This document shows positions 51,541 through 61,256 of a stretch of 64,000 nt of DNA, piece after piece. The stretch comes from Phycisphaerae bacterium (GTDB lineage: Bacteria; Planctomycetota; Phycisphaerae; SM23-33): NCBI GenBank assembly GCA_046541415.1, contig JBKHDI010000013.1, forward strand, positions 1,064 through 65,063, in the 5' to 3' direction. The notes beneath the pieces are model-generated. The model was not told where the DNA came from, did no database searches, and worked only from the letters and a program-made list of their open reading frames with translations. Made by a program: the position numbers and the translations under genes. Numbering within the stretch: position 1 is the stretch's first letter; every line of letters starts with the position of its first letter.

Positions 51541-52348
51541 CGGCGAAGTAGACTCCCGCTGCCAGGACGACGATGAACGCCCCGGGCGGCAGGTCGGGCT
51601 CGTACGACAGGGCCAAACCCGCGACGGTGAACCCCGCAGCCAGCAGCGTCGCCAGCAGCATCATCTGCCACAATCTGCGGGCAAACTGGCCGGCGACGGC
51701 GACCGGGATCGTCAGCAGGGCGATTACCAGCAGGATGCCCACCACCGTCGTCAGCAGCACCACGGTCACCGCGGTGATCATCAGAAGCAGCATGTAGACC
51801 GCGTCGACCCGAACGCCGCGGGTGCGGGCGAACTGCTCGTCGCAACAGACAGCCAGGAACTGCTTGTAGAACCCCAGCGCCACGCCCAGGACGCCCACGT
51901 CCAGGGCCAGCAGCAGCCAGAGGTGCTCCTGCGAGACCAGCAGCACGTTGCCGAACAGGTACGTCATCAGGTCCTGGGTATACTCGGGCGTGCGGGTCAG
52001 GAATATCAGCCCGGTCGACATCCCCAGGGCCCACATGGCGCTGATGACGGTATCTTCGCGCTGCTGGAGTCGCAGCGAGACCAGGCCGATAATCCCCGCC
52101 GCCGCCAGGGCGGCCACCAGCGCCCCGTGCAGGGGCGACAGCCAGCTCCACCCCATCACCGAGCGGAGGTAGATCGCTCCGCCAATGCCCCCCAGCACGC
52201 AATGGGCAATGCCTCCTGCGATGTACGTGATCCGCCGGACGACAACGTAGCTGCCGACCACCCCGCAGGCCACGGAGGCCAGCAGACCCGCCAGGAGTGT
52301 CTGTTGCATCAGCCCGCTGCGGGCCAACTGCTGGAAATACTCGGTCAT
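51491..52348 (-). CDS. znuB: Zn/Mn ABC transporter permease
   Basis: Eight TM helices. ZnuB/MntB-type. Confidence 0.8.
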   Translation of the reverse strand: MTEYFQQLARSGLMQQTLLAGLLASVACGVVGSYVVVRRITYIAGGIAHCVLGGIGGAIYLRSVMGWSWLSPLHGALVAALAAAGIIGLVSLRLQQREDTVISAMWALGMSTGLIFLTRTPEYTQDLMTYLFGNVLLVSQEHLWLLLALDVGVLGVALGFYKQFLAVCCDEQFARTRGVRVDAVYMLLLMITAVTVVLLTTVVGILLVIALLTIPVAVAGQFARRLWQMMLLATLLAAGFTVAGLALSYEPDLPPGAFIVVLAAGVYFAVTLGRWVWSLGSGRSA

Positions 52349-53109
52349 TCGGCGTGTCCTCCGGCGCAGTTGTGGTCATGGCGGACCAGGCGGATGTCCT
52401 GCTGGTAGAGCTCGGCGATGTTCGCCCCTGTAAGCTCAGCCGTCGGGTGCACCGAAACCGACCTGTTGACGCAGACCACCGTGTCGACAAACTGCGTGAC
52501 GAAGCCCACGTCGTGGCTGACCAGCACGACGGTCAGCTTCTCGTTCAGGCGGCTGAGCAGTTGGAAGAAGTCCTGCTCGGCGGCGGCATCGAGGTTGCTG
52601 GTCGGCTCGTCCAGCAGGAGCAGTTCGGGCTCGCCGGCCAGGCAGCGGGCGATCAGGACGCGCTGTCTCTGGCCGCCGGAGAGGGAGGCGAATGTCCCGC
52701 CTGCCTGGTCGGCCAGGCCCACCTGCTCCAGGGCGGCCCGGGCGCGACGACGGTCGCTGCCGCGGTAGGGGCCCAGCAGCCTGGTCCGACCCAGGCAGCC
52801 CATCAGCACCACGTCCAGGACGCTGACCGGGAACTTCGGGTCCAACTGAATATGCTGCGGGACGTAGCCGAGGCGCTTGCGGACCTGTTGCGGGCTGCTG
52901 CCCAGAACCAGGCAGCGCCCGGCGGTGGGGCGCAGAAGCCCCAGCAGCAGCTTCAGCAGCGTCGTCTTTCCGCCTCCGTTGGGGCCGACCATCATCGCGA
53001 ACTGGCCGGGCTGGATGGCGAAGCTTGCCCCGTCGAAGATCTTCTCCCCGTTGTAGGCGAAATCCAGGTCGGTCACTTCGATGATCGCTGAGGCGTCAGT
53101 CATCTTCAC
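52345..53109 (-). CDS. znuC: Zn/Mn ABC transporter ATP-binding protein
   Basis: Walker A GPNGGGKTT. ABC signature LSGGQRQRVLIARCL. Walker B LLLLDEP. Confidence 0.85.
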   Translation of the reverse strand: MKMTDASAIIEVTDLDFAYNGEKIFDGASFAIQPGQFAMMVGPNGGGKTTLLKLLLGLLRPTAGRCLVLGSSPQQVRKRLGYVPQHIQLDPKFPVSVLDVVLMGCLGRTRLLGPYRGSDRRRARAALEQVGLADQAGGTFASLSGGQRQRVLIARCLAGEPELLLLDEPTSNLDAAAEQDFFQLLSRLNEKLTVVLVSHDVGFVTQFVDTVVCVNRSVSVHPTAELTGANIAELYQQDIRLVRHDHNCAGGHAE

Positions 53110-54082
53110 CTCGGCCGGCGAGGTTGGTTTCGAGCTTCTTGGCCAGGTCGGTCATCATCTCGATGTAGTCGCCCGAGAGGGGGTCCAGTTCGACAACAAC
53201 GCCGTCGATGGCCTGGGCAATGGTCGTCGCGGCCGGGGCGGAGAACTGCTTCTGGACGAAGATCACCTGCACGTCATCGGCCCGGGCCTGGGCGATCAGT
53301 TCGTTGACCCGCCGCTGCGAAGGGCTGCGTCCGCCGATTTCGATGGCCTTCTGCTTCAGGTCGTAGGCCTGGGCGAAGTGGCCGAACGCAGCGTGATAAG
53401 TGTAGAACGTCCGGCCTGTCAGGGAGGCCAGTTGTTCGGCGATCCGCTGGTCCAGTTCGGTCAGTTGCTGCTGGAGGGCCTTGAGGTTGGCCTGGAAAAC
53501 GTCGGCGAACTCGGGGGCCAGTTCGGACAGTTCCGCCGCGATGGCCGGGGCGATTGTGTCTCGCATGGCCCGCGGGCTCAGCCAGAGATGCGGATCGCCG
53601 TCGCCGTGGTCATGTCCGTGATGGTCGTGGTGGTCATGTCCCTGATGGTCTTGCTGGTCGTGGCCATCGTGGTCGTCATGTTCATCATGCCCGTCATGCC
53701 CGTCGTGATCGGCCTGGGCCAGTCCTGCTGGAAGTCCCCCGGCCGGTCTGAGAATATGCAGCGATTCGACGGCCCCGCCGAGTTTGTCGGCCAGGACCTG
53801 TTCGAAGGGCGTTTCCAGCAGCACGGCCAGGTGGGCCGATTCGACCCAGACCAGCTGTTTCGTTGTCGGGCTGTAGCTGTGGGGGCTTGCCTGGGCCGGA
53901 AGGATCGATCGGACCTCGACGTGGTCGCCGCCGATGCGGCGGACGATGTCGGCGACGGGGGGGATTCCGGCGGCGACTTTCACGGGCTGGCCGGACTGGC
54001 GATGGTTGTCGCGGCTGCAGCCGGCCGGGGCCAGGGCTGTCATCGCAGCCAGCAGAGGGATCAGGCAGATGCGGGACTTCAT
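53096..54082 (-). CDS. znuA: Periplasmic zinc-binding protein ZnuA with His/Asp-rich loop
   Basis: Start MKSRICL (ATG ending 54082) with lipobox/signal. HDGHDGHDEHDDHDGHDQQDHQGHDHHDHHGHDHGDGDPH flexible loop. The longer track ORF to 54562 is rejected. Confidence 0.8.
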   Translation of the reverse strand: MKSRICLIPLLAAMTALAPAGCSRDNHRQSGQPVKVAAGIPPVADIVRRIGGDHVEVRSILPAQASPHSYSPTTKQLVWVESAHLAVLLETPFEQVLADKLGGAVESLHILRPAGGLPAGLAQADHDGHDGHDEHDDHDGHDQQDHQGHDHHDHHGHDHGDGDPHLWLSPRAMRDTIAPAIAAELSELAPEFADVFQANLKALQQQLTELDQRIAEQLASLTGRTFYTYHAAFGHFAQAYDLKQKAIEIGGRSPSQRRVNELIAQARADDVQVIFVQKQFSAPAATTIAQAIDGVVVELDPLSGDYIEMMTDLAKKLETNLAGRGEDD

Positions 54083-54348
54083 GCTTCGACTCCTTCGTGC
54101 TGGCAGATCAGGTGCAGTTCGTGGCAGTCGCGACACTCCTCCAGCTGGTGGTTGCGGGCGAACTGTTCCCAGTGTTCCTTCTGCCGGGGCGAGAGGATGC
54201 CCGTGCCCCGGCAGAGGGGGCAGGTGCTGTCCAGGGCGGCCAGGATGGCGTCTCGGATGAACTCCGAGCGGTTGGGCAGCCCGGCCAGCTGGGCCAGCAG
54301 CGACGGATCGACCTTCAGACTGATGACGGATTGTTTGTTGGCGGCCAT
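54079..54348 (-). CDS. Ribbon-helix-helix (CopG/NikR-like) DNA-binding protein with C-terminal Cys/His-rich domain
   Basis: N-terminus SVISLKVDPSLLAQLAGLPNRSEFIRDAILAAL (beta-strand, helix, helix of RHH). C-terminus CPLCRGTG...CRDCHELHLICQHEG. 4-bp ATGA overlap with the znuA start. Confidence 0.5.
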   Translation of the reverse strand: MAANKQSVISLKVDPSLLAQLAGLPNRSEFIRDAILAALDSTCPLCRGTGILSPRQKEHWEQFARNHQLEECRDCHELHLICQHEGVEA

Positions 54349-54378
54349 GGTGAGGGACTCCGGTAGATGGGACAGCCA

Positions 54379-54395
54379 GTACTACATGGTAGTAC
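54379..54395. promoter_or_regulatory. Inverted repeat GTACTAC-ATG-GTAGTAC upstream of the RHH gene (candidate operator)
   Basis: Perfect 7-bp arms, ~30 bp upstream of the RHH start, in the divergent region shared with ptsP. Confidence 0.4.
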
Positions 54396-54539
54396 GCTGG
54401 AACGCAACAGAATGGTTCGCCGGAAAATCGGCCGTGGCTTCGGCTTGTTGTAATTCCTTGATTCGGGTAGTCTAATAGCCAGCGACAGCTGCGCGTTTTT
54501 CGCCGACAGCGTCTACGGGCCCTGCCCGGGACAGGACCA

Positions 54540-56843
54540 TTGAAACAGATCAGCAAAGACATCCTCGGCCTGTTGTGTGACGTAGGCGAACTGTCGGCCC
54601 GCCTGGCCGGCAGCGCCGACCTGCAGGCGTTCCTGCAGCAGATCGTCGAGATGGTCGCCGGCCATCTGCACTCCGACGTCTGCTCGATCTACCTTTACGA
54701 GGAAGATACCGAGCAGCTGGTGCTCCGTGCGACCAAAGGACTGAACTCCGAGGGGATCAACAACGTTCGCCTGTCGCTGGAAGAGGGGCTGGTGGGCATG
54801 TCGCTGCGACAACTGAGGCCCATCCGCGAATTGTGTGCCAGCGCCAACCCGAACTTCAAGGCCATCGAGGGGATCAACGAAGAGCCTTACGAGTCGTACC
54901 TGGCCGTGCCGATCCTCAAGGGCGTCGAGCGGATCGGCGTGCTGGTCGTCCAGCGCGAGCAGCGCAACAGCTTTTCCGAGCAGGACATCATGGCCCTTCG
55001 CGCCACGGCCTCGCAGTTGGCCAGCGCCATCGAGACCGCCCGCGTGCTGATGGAGATCCATTCGGGCAAGAGTCAGCACCCGCCTGCCCCGGTCGGTCGA
55101 CCCAGCACGCCCTCGCTGATCCAGGGTCGCGTAGCCTCCAAGGGCTTCGCCCACGCGCCGGTCTCCATTCACGATCCAACGCGGGGCCAGCGCAGCCTGG
55201 TCACCCGTCGCTTCGCCGGGACCTACAGCCTCGACCAACTCCGCGACGCGCTGCAGCAGACAGCCAGCCAGCTGCAGGCCCTGCAGAAGCGTGTCGGCCA
55301 GCGCCTGCCGGAGATGGCCTCGCTGATCTTCGACGCCCACCAGATGATGCTCAAGGACCACGCCTTCGTCGGCGAGATGATCACCCTGGTCGAGGAGGGG
55401 ACCAATCCGCCCGAGGCCGTCCAGCAGGTCGCCCGCAAATACGCCGACCTGCTGATGGAATCGTCCCACACCTACATCCGCGAAAAGGCCCAGGACGTTG
55501 AGGACCTCGCCCGGCGAATCCTGGCCAACCTCACCGGGGCCGAAACAGGCTTCGACCTGCAGTTCGGAGATCAGCCGCACATCGTCGTCGCCCGCGAGCT
55601 GTTCCCCTCGGACGTACTGAAACTCGTCACCGCCAACATCGCCGGCGTGGTGCTGGTCTGCGGCGGGGTGACCAGCCACGTCTCGATCCTCGCCCGGTCC
55701 CTGCAGATGCCCCTGGTCATCGCCCAGGACAACAGCCTGCTGAGCCTGCAGACCGGAACCGAGATGCTCCTGGACGCCGAGATCGGCAATATCTACATCG
55801 AGCCCGGCGAGGAGATCATCCGTACCTTCGCCGACCGCAACCGTGCCCGGAAGGTGGTCGGCGGCGCGGAGAAGATCTCGGCCGAGCAGACCGAAACTGC
55901 CGACGGCCACCACGTCAAGCTGCTGGCCAACATCAACCTGCTGACCGACGTGGACCTGGCTGTCCAGGTCGGCTCAGCCGGTATCGGCCTGTACCGCAGC
56001 GAGTTCCCCTTCCTGATCCGCACCGCCTTGCCCAGCGAAGAGGAGCAGATGGTCATCTACCGCCGCCTGATCGACGCGATCGGCGACCGCGAACTGACCT
56101 TCCGCACGCTGGACGTCGGCGGCGACAAGCTGCTGAGCTACTTCGACGAAGACCTCGAAGAGAACCCCGCCCTGGGCCTGCGGGGGATCCGCTTCTCGCT
56201 GCGACACAACGACGTGTTCTGCCAGCAGATCCGCGCCCTGCTGCGGGCGGCGGCCGAGTTCAAATCCCTCAAAATCATGTTCCCGATGATCAGCTCGGTC
56301 GAGGAGTTCCATCAGGCCCGCCAGGTCGTCCGCCAGTGCATGAGCGAACTGCAGAACGAGAACCTGCCCTGCCATACAAGCCCCACGCTGGGGATCATGG
56401 TCGAGGTGCCCTCGGCCGTGACGATGATCGACGTGCTGGCCGAGGAGGTCGACTTCTTCTGCATCGGTACCAACGACCTGACGCAGTTCCTCCTGGCCGT
56501 CGACCGGACCAACGAAAAGGTCGCCGCACACTTCCAGCCGCACCACCCGGCCGTGCTGCGGGCGGTCAAACGCGTCGCCGACGCCGCCAATGCCGCCGAC
56601 AAGGAAGTCTCGATCTGCGGGGAGATGGCCAACGAGGTCCGCTTCCTGCCCCTGCTGATCGGCCTGGGGATCCGCTCGATCTCCGTCGACCCGCAGTATC
56701 TGCCTGCCCTGGCAGCCTGGGTGGGCAAACTGACGCTGGACGGCTGTCGTCGCCAGGCTGAGTTGCTGCTGGCCGAGACCACCCTGGCCGGCGTCTCGTC
56801 CAGGCTGGGCGGCTTCGAAAACCGCAAGTCGGCCGCGGAATGA
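54540..56843 (+). CDS. ptsP: Phosphoenolpyruvate-protein phosphotransferase EI-Ntr (GAF domain plus enzyme I)
   Basis: N-terminal GAF domain. EI phosphohistidine and PEP-utilising domains (...GGVTSHVSILARSLQMP...). TTG start in the track. Confidence 0.85.
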   Translation: MKQISKDILGLLCDVGELSARLAGSADLQAFLQQIVEMVAGHLHSDVCSIYLYEEDTEQLVLRATKGLNSEGINNVRLSLEEGLVGMSLRQLRPIRELCASANPNFKAIEGINEEPYESYLAVPILKGVERIGVLVVQREQRNSFSEQDIMALRATASQLASAIETARVLMEIHSGKSQHPPAPVGRPSTPSLIQGRVASKGFAHAPVSIHDPTRGQRSLVTRRFAGTYSLDQLRDALQQTASQLQALQKRVGQRLPEMASLIFDAHQMMLKDHAFVGEMITLVEEGTNPPEAVQQVARKYADLLMESSHTYIREKAQDVEDLARRILANLTGAETGFDLQFGDQPHIVVARELFPSDVLKLVTANIAGVVLVCGGVTSHVSILARSLQMPLVIAQDNSLLSLQTGTEMLLDAEIGNIYIEPGEEIIRTFADRNRARKVVGGAEKISAEQTETADGHHVKLLANINLLTDVDLAVQVGSAGIGLYRSEFPFLIRTALPSEEEQMVIYRRLIDAIGDRELTFRTLDVGGDKLLSYFDEDLEENPALGLRGIRFSLRHNDVFCQQIRALLRAAAEFKSLKIMFPMISSVEEFHQARQVVRQCMSELQNENLPCHTSPTLGIMVEVPSAVTMIDVLAEEVDFFCIGTNDLTQFLLAVDRTNEKVAAHFQPHHPAVLRAVKRVADAANAADKEVSICGEMANEVRFLPLLIGLGIRSISVDPQYLPALAAWVGKLTLDGCRRQAELLLAETTLAGVSSRLGGFENRKSAAE

Positions 56844-56857
56844 TCTCGTTGCCCGCG

Positions 56858-58270
56858 TCAGTCGCGGATGGTCAACTGCGAATTCTCCACGTCGAAGCGT
56901 TCCACGCCGCTGCGCGACGGGCCGCCAAGCGGGCAATCCACCAGGCCGCCCTGTACGTTCCGGGCCCAGAGCAGGTGCATGGGCACCTCGGTGTTCTCGG
57001 GCCAGGTCGTTGAGATGTTCCGCAGGCTCAGGCCGCGTATGTTCTCCGCTGCGATGCAGGCCTTGGCTGCCCGGGCATCGGGATTGAAGGGCGAGAACTG
57101 AAGGCCGACGGCCTTGCGGGCCAGCTCGAACTCGTCCTCGATCCGGTGGTAGGTCATGTGGATCTCGGAAAGGTGGATGTTTTCGAGCATTCCCGGCGCC
57201 TCGGCCGTCAGGAGAATCCGCGCATCGGAGGTGCAGAGCACGTTGGCGATGCGGACATTGCGGATCGCCCCCACGCCGCTGTCCCGCACCGGGTCGGGGT
57301 TGCGCGAGACGTTGATGTGGATCGGGCAGACGAGCTTCAGATCGTTGTCGCATTCCAGGACGAGGTTGTCGATGACGACGTCTTCGAACGTCCCGCCGGT
57401 CATGCAGTAGAGGCTCACCCCGCGCGAGGAGTCGCGGACGACGCAGTTGCTCATCGCGATCTGGCGGATCGTACCAAGGGACTCATTGGCCCCCAGCTTC
57501 AGGGCGCTGCAGCGGGTCTGCAGCGTGCAGTTGGTCACGCAGATCCGCTCGTTGGTCCCGCCGAGGCTCTTGAGGACGATGGCGTCATCACCGCAGACGA
57601 CGTTGCAGTCGGAGATGAACACATCGGAGCTGTCGGTGATGTCCAGCCCGTCGGTATTCGGCCCGATGAGGCTGTTGCGGATGTCGATCCCCTGGATCCG
57701 GACGTTGCGGCAGCGGCAGATGTGGACGGTCCAGCCGGGCGAATCGACAATGGCCACGTCGCGGATGCGGATGTCGGCCGAGTCGGTCAGATCGATCATC
57801 GGACAAGGCCGGCGGTCCTTCTCGGTGTAGAACTCGCACTTGGACGGCGGGTCCCAGAAGGCCGGGCCCGACCCACAGATCTGCCCGCCGCCACAGATCG
57901 TCACGTTGGTTGCGTCCAGGGCACGAATGAGGTTGTACGGCTGGAGGTCCTTGTGGTCGAACGGATTGTGACGTGGGGGCAGGGGAGGGTAGTCTTCCAT
58001 GTTTTCCGAGCCGATCAGCTTCGCCCCGGTCTGGATCTCCAGCGTCAGGTTGCTGGCCAGCGTCAACGTCCCGGTCCGGAAGCTGCCCGGCGGGACAACG
58101 ACCGTGCCTCCTCCGGCTGCGGTGGCAGTATCGATGGCTTGCTGGATGGCGGAGGTGTTGATGGTGCTGTCGTCGGCGACGGCGCCGAAATCGAGGATGT
58201 TCAGGCGGGTCGGATCGGCCATGGGAATCTCCAGTCTGGTAGCGTGGCGGGAGATTGCCATTCTGCCCAA
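56858..58270 (-). CDS. Right-handed beta-helix glycoside hydrolase, GH28 (polygalacturonase)-like
   Basis: NILDFGAVADDSTINTSAIQQAIDTA...GGTVVVPPGSF N-terminus typical of pectin-lyase-fold hydrolases. Repeated beta-helix rungs. No obvious signal peptide. Confidence 0.5.
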   Translation of the reverse strand: MGRMAISRHATRLEIPMADPTRLNILDFGAVADDSTINTSAIQQAIDTATAAGGGTVVVPPGSFRTGTLTLASNLTLEIQTGAKLIGSENMEDYPPLPPRHNPFDHKDLQPYNLIRALDATNVTICGGGQICGSGPAFWDPPSKCEFYTEKDRRPCPMIDLTDSADIRIRDVAIVDSPGWTVHICRCRNVRIQGIDIRNSLIGPNTDGLDITDSSDVFISDCNVVCGDDAIVLKSLGGTNERICVTNCTLQTRCSALKLGANESLGTIRQIAMSNCVVRDSSRGVSLYCMTGGTFEDVVIDNLVLECDNDLKLVCPIHINVSRNPDPVRDSGVGAIRNVRIANVLCTSDARILLTAEAPGMLENIHLSEIHMTYHRIEDEFELARKAVGLQFSPFNPDARAAKACIAAENIRGLSLRNISTTWPENTEVPMHLLWARNVQGGLVDCPLGGPSRSGVERFDVENSQLTIRD

Positions 58271-58325
58271 ATCCCGCAGGACGTCAAGTGCTTGAGGCAG
58301 GGCGGAGGTCGAACCTGTTCGTTGA

Positions 58326-59057
58326 TCAGCCGGCCGATGCGGTGCCCGACGACGGACGTCGTCTGCGGGATTTCTTGACCAGCGCGGCGTCCTGGAAGAT
58401 GAAGCCGATCCCGGCCGGGACGCCGATCAGCAGCGGCAGGAGGTGGACGTTGGCCTGCAGCGACTGGTTGACGTTCTGGTGGAACTGCTGGTGTTTCAGC
58501 AGCAGGGCGACCAAGCCGGCGACGATCATCATCGCCCCCTGGAAGGACGTCCAGCCGATCACCGCGACCCGGAAGAGGATAAACGCGAGCATCCCCAGCA
58601 GCACCAGGCCGATCAACGCACCGGCCCAGCCGAACCGGGCCATCTCGACGTTGCGCGTGGCCGCCGATACGTACTGCCAGACCCCGAAGCCCAGCAGGGC
58701 CCCGGCCAGGCCTCCCATGACGGCGACGGCATATTTCATCGTCGGCCAGGAGAGCATCCCCAGAAGCGCCCCGCCCCCGATGGCCATGTAGAGCGGCATG
58801 TTGGGGGTCTCGAACATCAACCCGATATGGGTGCCGAAAATCGCCCCGAACATCAACGCGTTGCAGACGACCAGGATCTTGAAGATCTTCCACCCGTAGA
58901 GCAGGTAGACGATGCCCGAGGCGGCCAGGAGGATCGCCGGGGCCAGGCTGATCTGGTTCAGCGACAGGAGGAAGGCATCCTGGGACTGAAAGATCTGGAA
59001 GAACGACCCGTCGGGCACAACGGTCTGGCCCGGCGGAATGGTTGCTAAGGCGTCCAT
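58326..59057 (-). CDS. Polytopic membrane protein (DUF4203-like), paralog 1
   Basis: About 7 TM helices. Basic C-terminal tail KKSRRRRPSSG. Confidence 0.4.
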   Translation of the reverse strand: MDALATIPPGQTVVPDGSFFQIFQSQDAFLLSLNQISLAPAILLAASGIVYLLYGWKIFKILVVCNALMFGAIFGTHIGLMFETPNMPLYMAIGGGALLGMLSWPTMKYAVAVMGGLAGALLGFGVWQYVSAATRNVEMARFGWAGALIGLVLLGMLAFILFRVAVIGWTSFQGAMMIVAGLVALLLKHQQFHQNVNQSLQANVHLLPLLIGVPAGIGFIFQDAALVKKSRRRRPSSGTASAG

Positions 59058-59097
59058 GCTATCACCTCACAAAGGAGGAACGTGCCACCGCCTGTAG

Positions 59098-59952
59098 TTA
59101 TTCGGCTTTTTGAGAGCTTTTTCTTCTGGCTTTTTTGGTCCGGCGGTCGGTACCCGCATCGGATCTGGAGGTTTTGGTCGGCGCCGCCTCGTCCCCGTCG
59201 TCCTGCTCTTCACCGTCCCGGCGGTCGCGGCTACGGAGCATCTGGTAGGCGGCGCCGAAGGCCCAGACAGCGGCGATGATCCCGCCCGGAACGTAGAAAT
59301 GCATGCGGACGGCTTGCCACAATTCCGGCCGAATCGCAAGCGATATGGCCGTCGCCCCGGCCACCACCCCGGCCGAACCCAGCAGGGCGCTGACCAGGCT
59401 CGTCGCCAGGCGCATTTTGATGGTCAGCGGGATCAGCACGATCAGTCCCGCCGCAGAAAGCGAGGCGAAGAAGACCGCTTCCGAGCCCGCCGCAGCGACG
59501 TGCAGCGACTGCCAGACGAAGTCTCCCAGCCCGGCAGCCCAGGTGGCCAGATCGGCGGCGGCAACGTTCTCAAGAGTATCGGCCAGTTCGGGCGGCACGT
59601 CCGGGTGTTGGTTGAGCAGTACGCAGGTCGCGGCCCCGGCCGCGGCAAGAGCTCCGCCAAGAAGGCCCCAGCAGATCGGCGCCAGCAGGGCCCCGGCGAT
59701 TGCACCGACCACGCCGCAGCCGATCCGGACGTACAGCAGGTCCAGCTCGACGGCAGGGGCGACCGGACCGGCTGCAAGCACCCCCACGCCCGCCAGCGCC
59801 AGGGCCATGACAATCCGCGAAAACAATCTGCCCCAGAGCAGCAGCGTCAAGCCCACCGTCAGCAGCATCAGCGAGAGCCCGTAGATCAGCCCCAACGAGA
59901 CAGCCGGGCCTGTCGAACCGAACAATTCCAGCCAGTTGCGAATCGCGTCCAT
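59098..59952 (-). CDS. Polytopic membrane protein, paralog 2
   Basis: Start at MDAIRN (ATG ending 59952). Shares LLxxGxxFxxIxx and GxAGALL blocks with the upstream paralog. Basic tail KKARRKSSQKAE. Confidence 0.4.
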   Translation of the reverse strand: MDAIRNWLELFGSTGPAVSLGLIYGLSLMLLTVGLTLLLWGRLFSRIVMALALAGVGVLAAGPVAPAVELDLLYVRIGCGVVGAIAGALLAPICWGLLGGALAAAGAATCVLLNQHPDVPPELADTLENVAAADLATWAAGLGDFVWQSLHVAAAGSEAVFFASLSAAGLIVLIPLTIKMRLATSLVSALLGSAGVVAGATAISLAIRPELWQAVRMHFYVPGGIIAAVWAFGAAYQMLRSRDRRDGEEQDDGDEAAPTKTSRSDAGTDRRTKKARRKSSQKAE

Positions 59953-59992
59953 GCGATTGAGTCCTTCCGGCGATGCGGTATCGCGCCCGGCC

Positions 59993-61198
59993 CTATCGCT
60001 TTCCGCGGGCCGAGCGGACCTCGGCGAGGATGTCATCGGCCAGCTTCTTCTTACGCTGGTCGTGCAGGCTGTCTTCTGCCTTGCGGAGGTACTCCTCTGC
60101 CTGGTCGTACTGGTGTAGGTATCGGCCATACAGCAGGCCGAGCATGAGATGGATGTCCCCGGCGTCCTGGCTGTTGCCGTAGCTGTCCAGGTATCGTTCG
60201 TACGCGTCGGCGGCGGCGGGGTACCGCTGGTCGCTCATCAACTGGTTGGCGATATCCAACTGCTGGTTGCGCGAGAGGATTGCCTTTTCGCTGATCCGCA
60301 CCAACTGGAGGTACTTCTCGGCGGCCTCGGGCAGGTTGCCCTGCTGTATGGCAGTGGTGATCTCCTCGCGGATCTGCCGCTCGCGGTCGTCCATGTCCGG
60401 CGGTTCGGGGCGGAGGCGGGCGCGGATCTTCTTACGCCCCGGTTTGTTGCTCCTGCTGGTGGAGGTAAAGCTGAACGGATCGTGGCCCTTGTTGACCATG
60501 TTGCGATAGCGCGTCCGTCGCTGCCACGACTTGAAAAGGTTCAGCAGGTCGTAGGCGTCGCGCGGGACCAGGCGGCCCAGAAGCATCCCCGCTGCCAGGA
60601 GAATCCCGAAGATATACCCGGCTGCGTGGGCGGTGTAGGCCACCCCGCCGCCTCCGCCGGGGTTGGTCAGCACGTCGACCGAGTAGAACATGTTATACAG
60701 GAACTGGAAGGCCAGGAAGAACAGGCTGGAGACCTGGAAGAACGTGATAAAGAAGAACAGCAGCATCACGGTGATGTTCACTCGCGGCAGGAGCACCAGG
60801 TACGCGCCTGTCACCGCGGAGATCGCCCCCGACGCGCCCAGGACCGGCGCCTGCGGGCTCACCAGCAGATAGCCGATTCCCGCAGCCAGGCCGCCGGCCA
60901 GGTAGAACGCCAGGTACCCGACGTTTCCGAGCTTATCGTTGATCGCGTTGCCGAAGACCCACAGGAACAGCATGTTGCCCCCCAAGTGCCAAAAGTCACC
61001 GTGCAGGAACATGCTCGAGAAGAACTGGTAGACCTGCGGGTGGATGTTCTGCAGCAGGTACGGCTCGATCCGGCGCACCGACTCTACGGTCGCGCCGTGG
61101 TAGCCCATCAGGAACAGGGCGACGTTGACCGCGATCAACACATAGTTGACCACGGGTCGCCGGGTCATCCGGTAGTCTGTACGAATCGGTATCAGCAT
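59993..61198 (-). CDS. Rhomboid-family intramembrane serine protease fused to a C-terminal TPR domain
   Basis: Rhomboid core (HGDFWHLGGNMLFLWVFG...GASGAISAV catalytic GxSG...AHAAGYIFG His). C-terminal TPR-like helices. Start MLIPIR (ATG ending 61198). Confidence 0.7.
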   Translation of the reverse strand: MLIPIRTDYRMTRRPVVNYVLIAVNVALFLMGYHGATVESVRRIEPYLLQNIHPQVYQFFSSMFLHGDFWHLGGNMLFLWVFGNAINDKLGNVGYLAFYLAGGLAAGIGYLLVSPQAPVLGASGAISAVTGAYLVLLPRVNITVMLLFFFITFFQVSSLFFLAFQFLYNMFYSVDVLTNPGGGGGVAYTAHAAGYIFGILLAAGMLLGRLVPRDAYDLLNLFKSWQRRTRYRNMVNKGHDPFSFTSTSRSNKPGRKKIRARLRPEPPDMDDRERQIREEITTAIQQGNLPEAAEKYLQLVRISEKAILSRNQQLDIANQLMSDQRYPAAADAYERYLDSYGNSQDAGDIHLMLGLLYGRYLHQYDQAEEYLRKAEDSLHDQRKKKLADDILAEVRSARGKR

Positions 61199-61256
61199 GC
61201 GGGGCAGTATATCCGCCAGGCGGCGGGATAACAGTCTTTCTCCGTCAGCAGCTGTC

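Noticed and set aside
54083-54562. Upstream extension of the znuA ORF
   Set aside because: Pro/Arg/His-rich low-complexity translation. Overlaps the RHH gene in another frame. Signal peptide and lipobox begin at MKSRICL.
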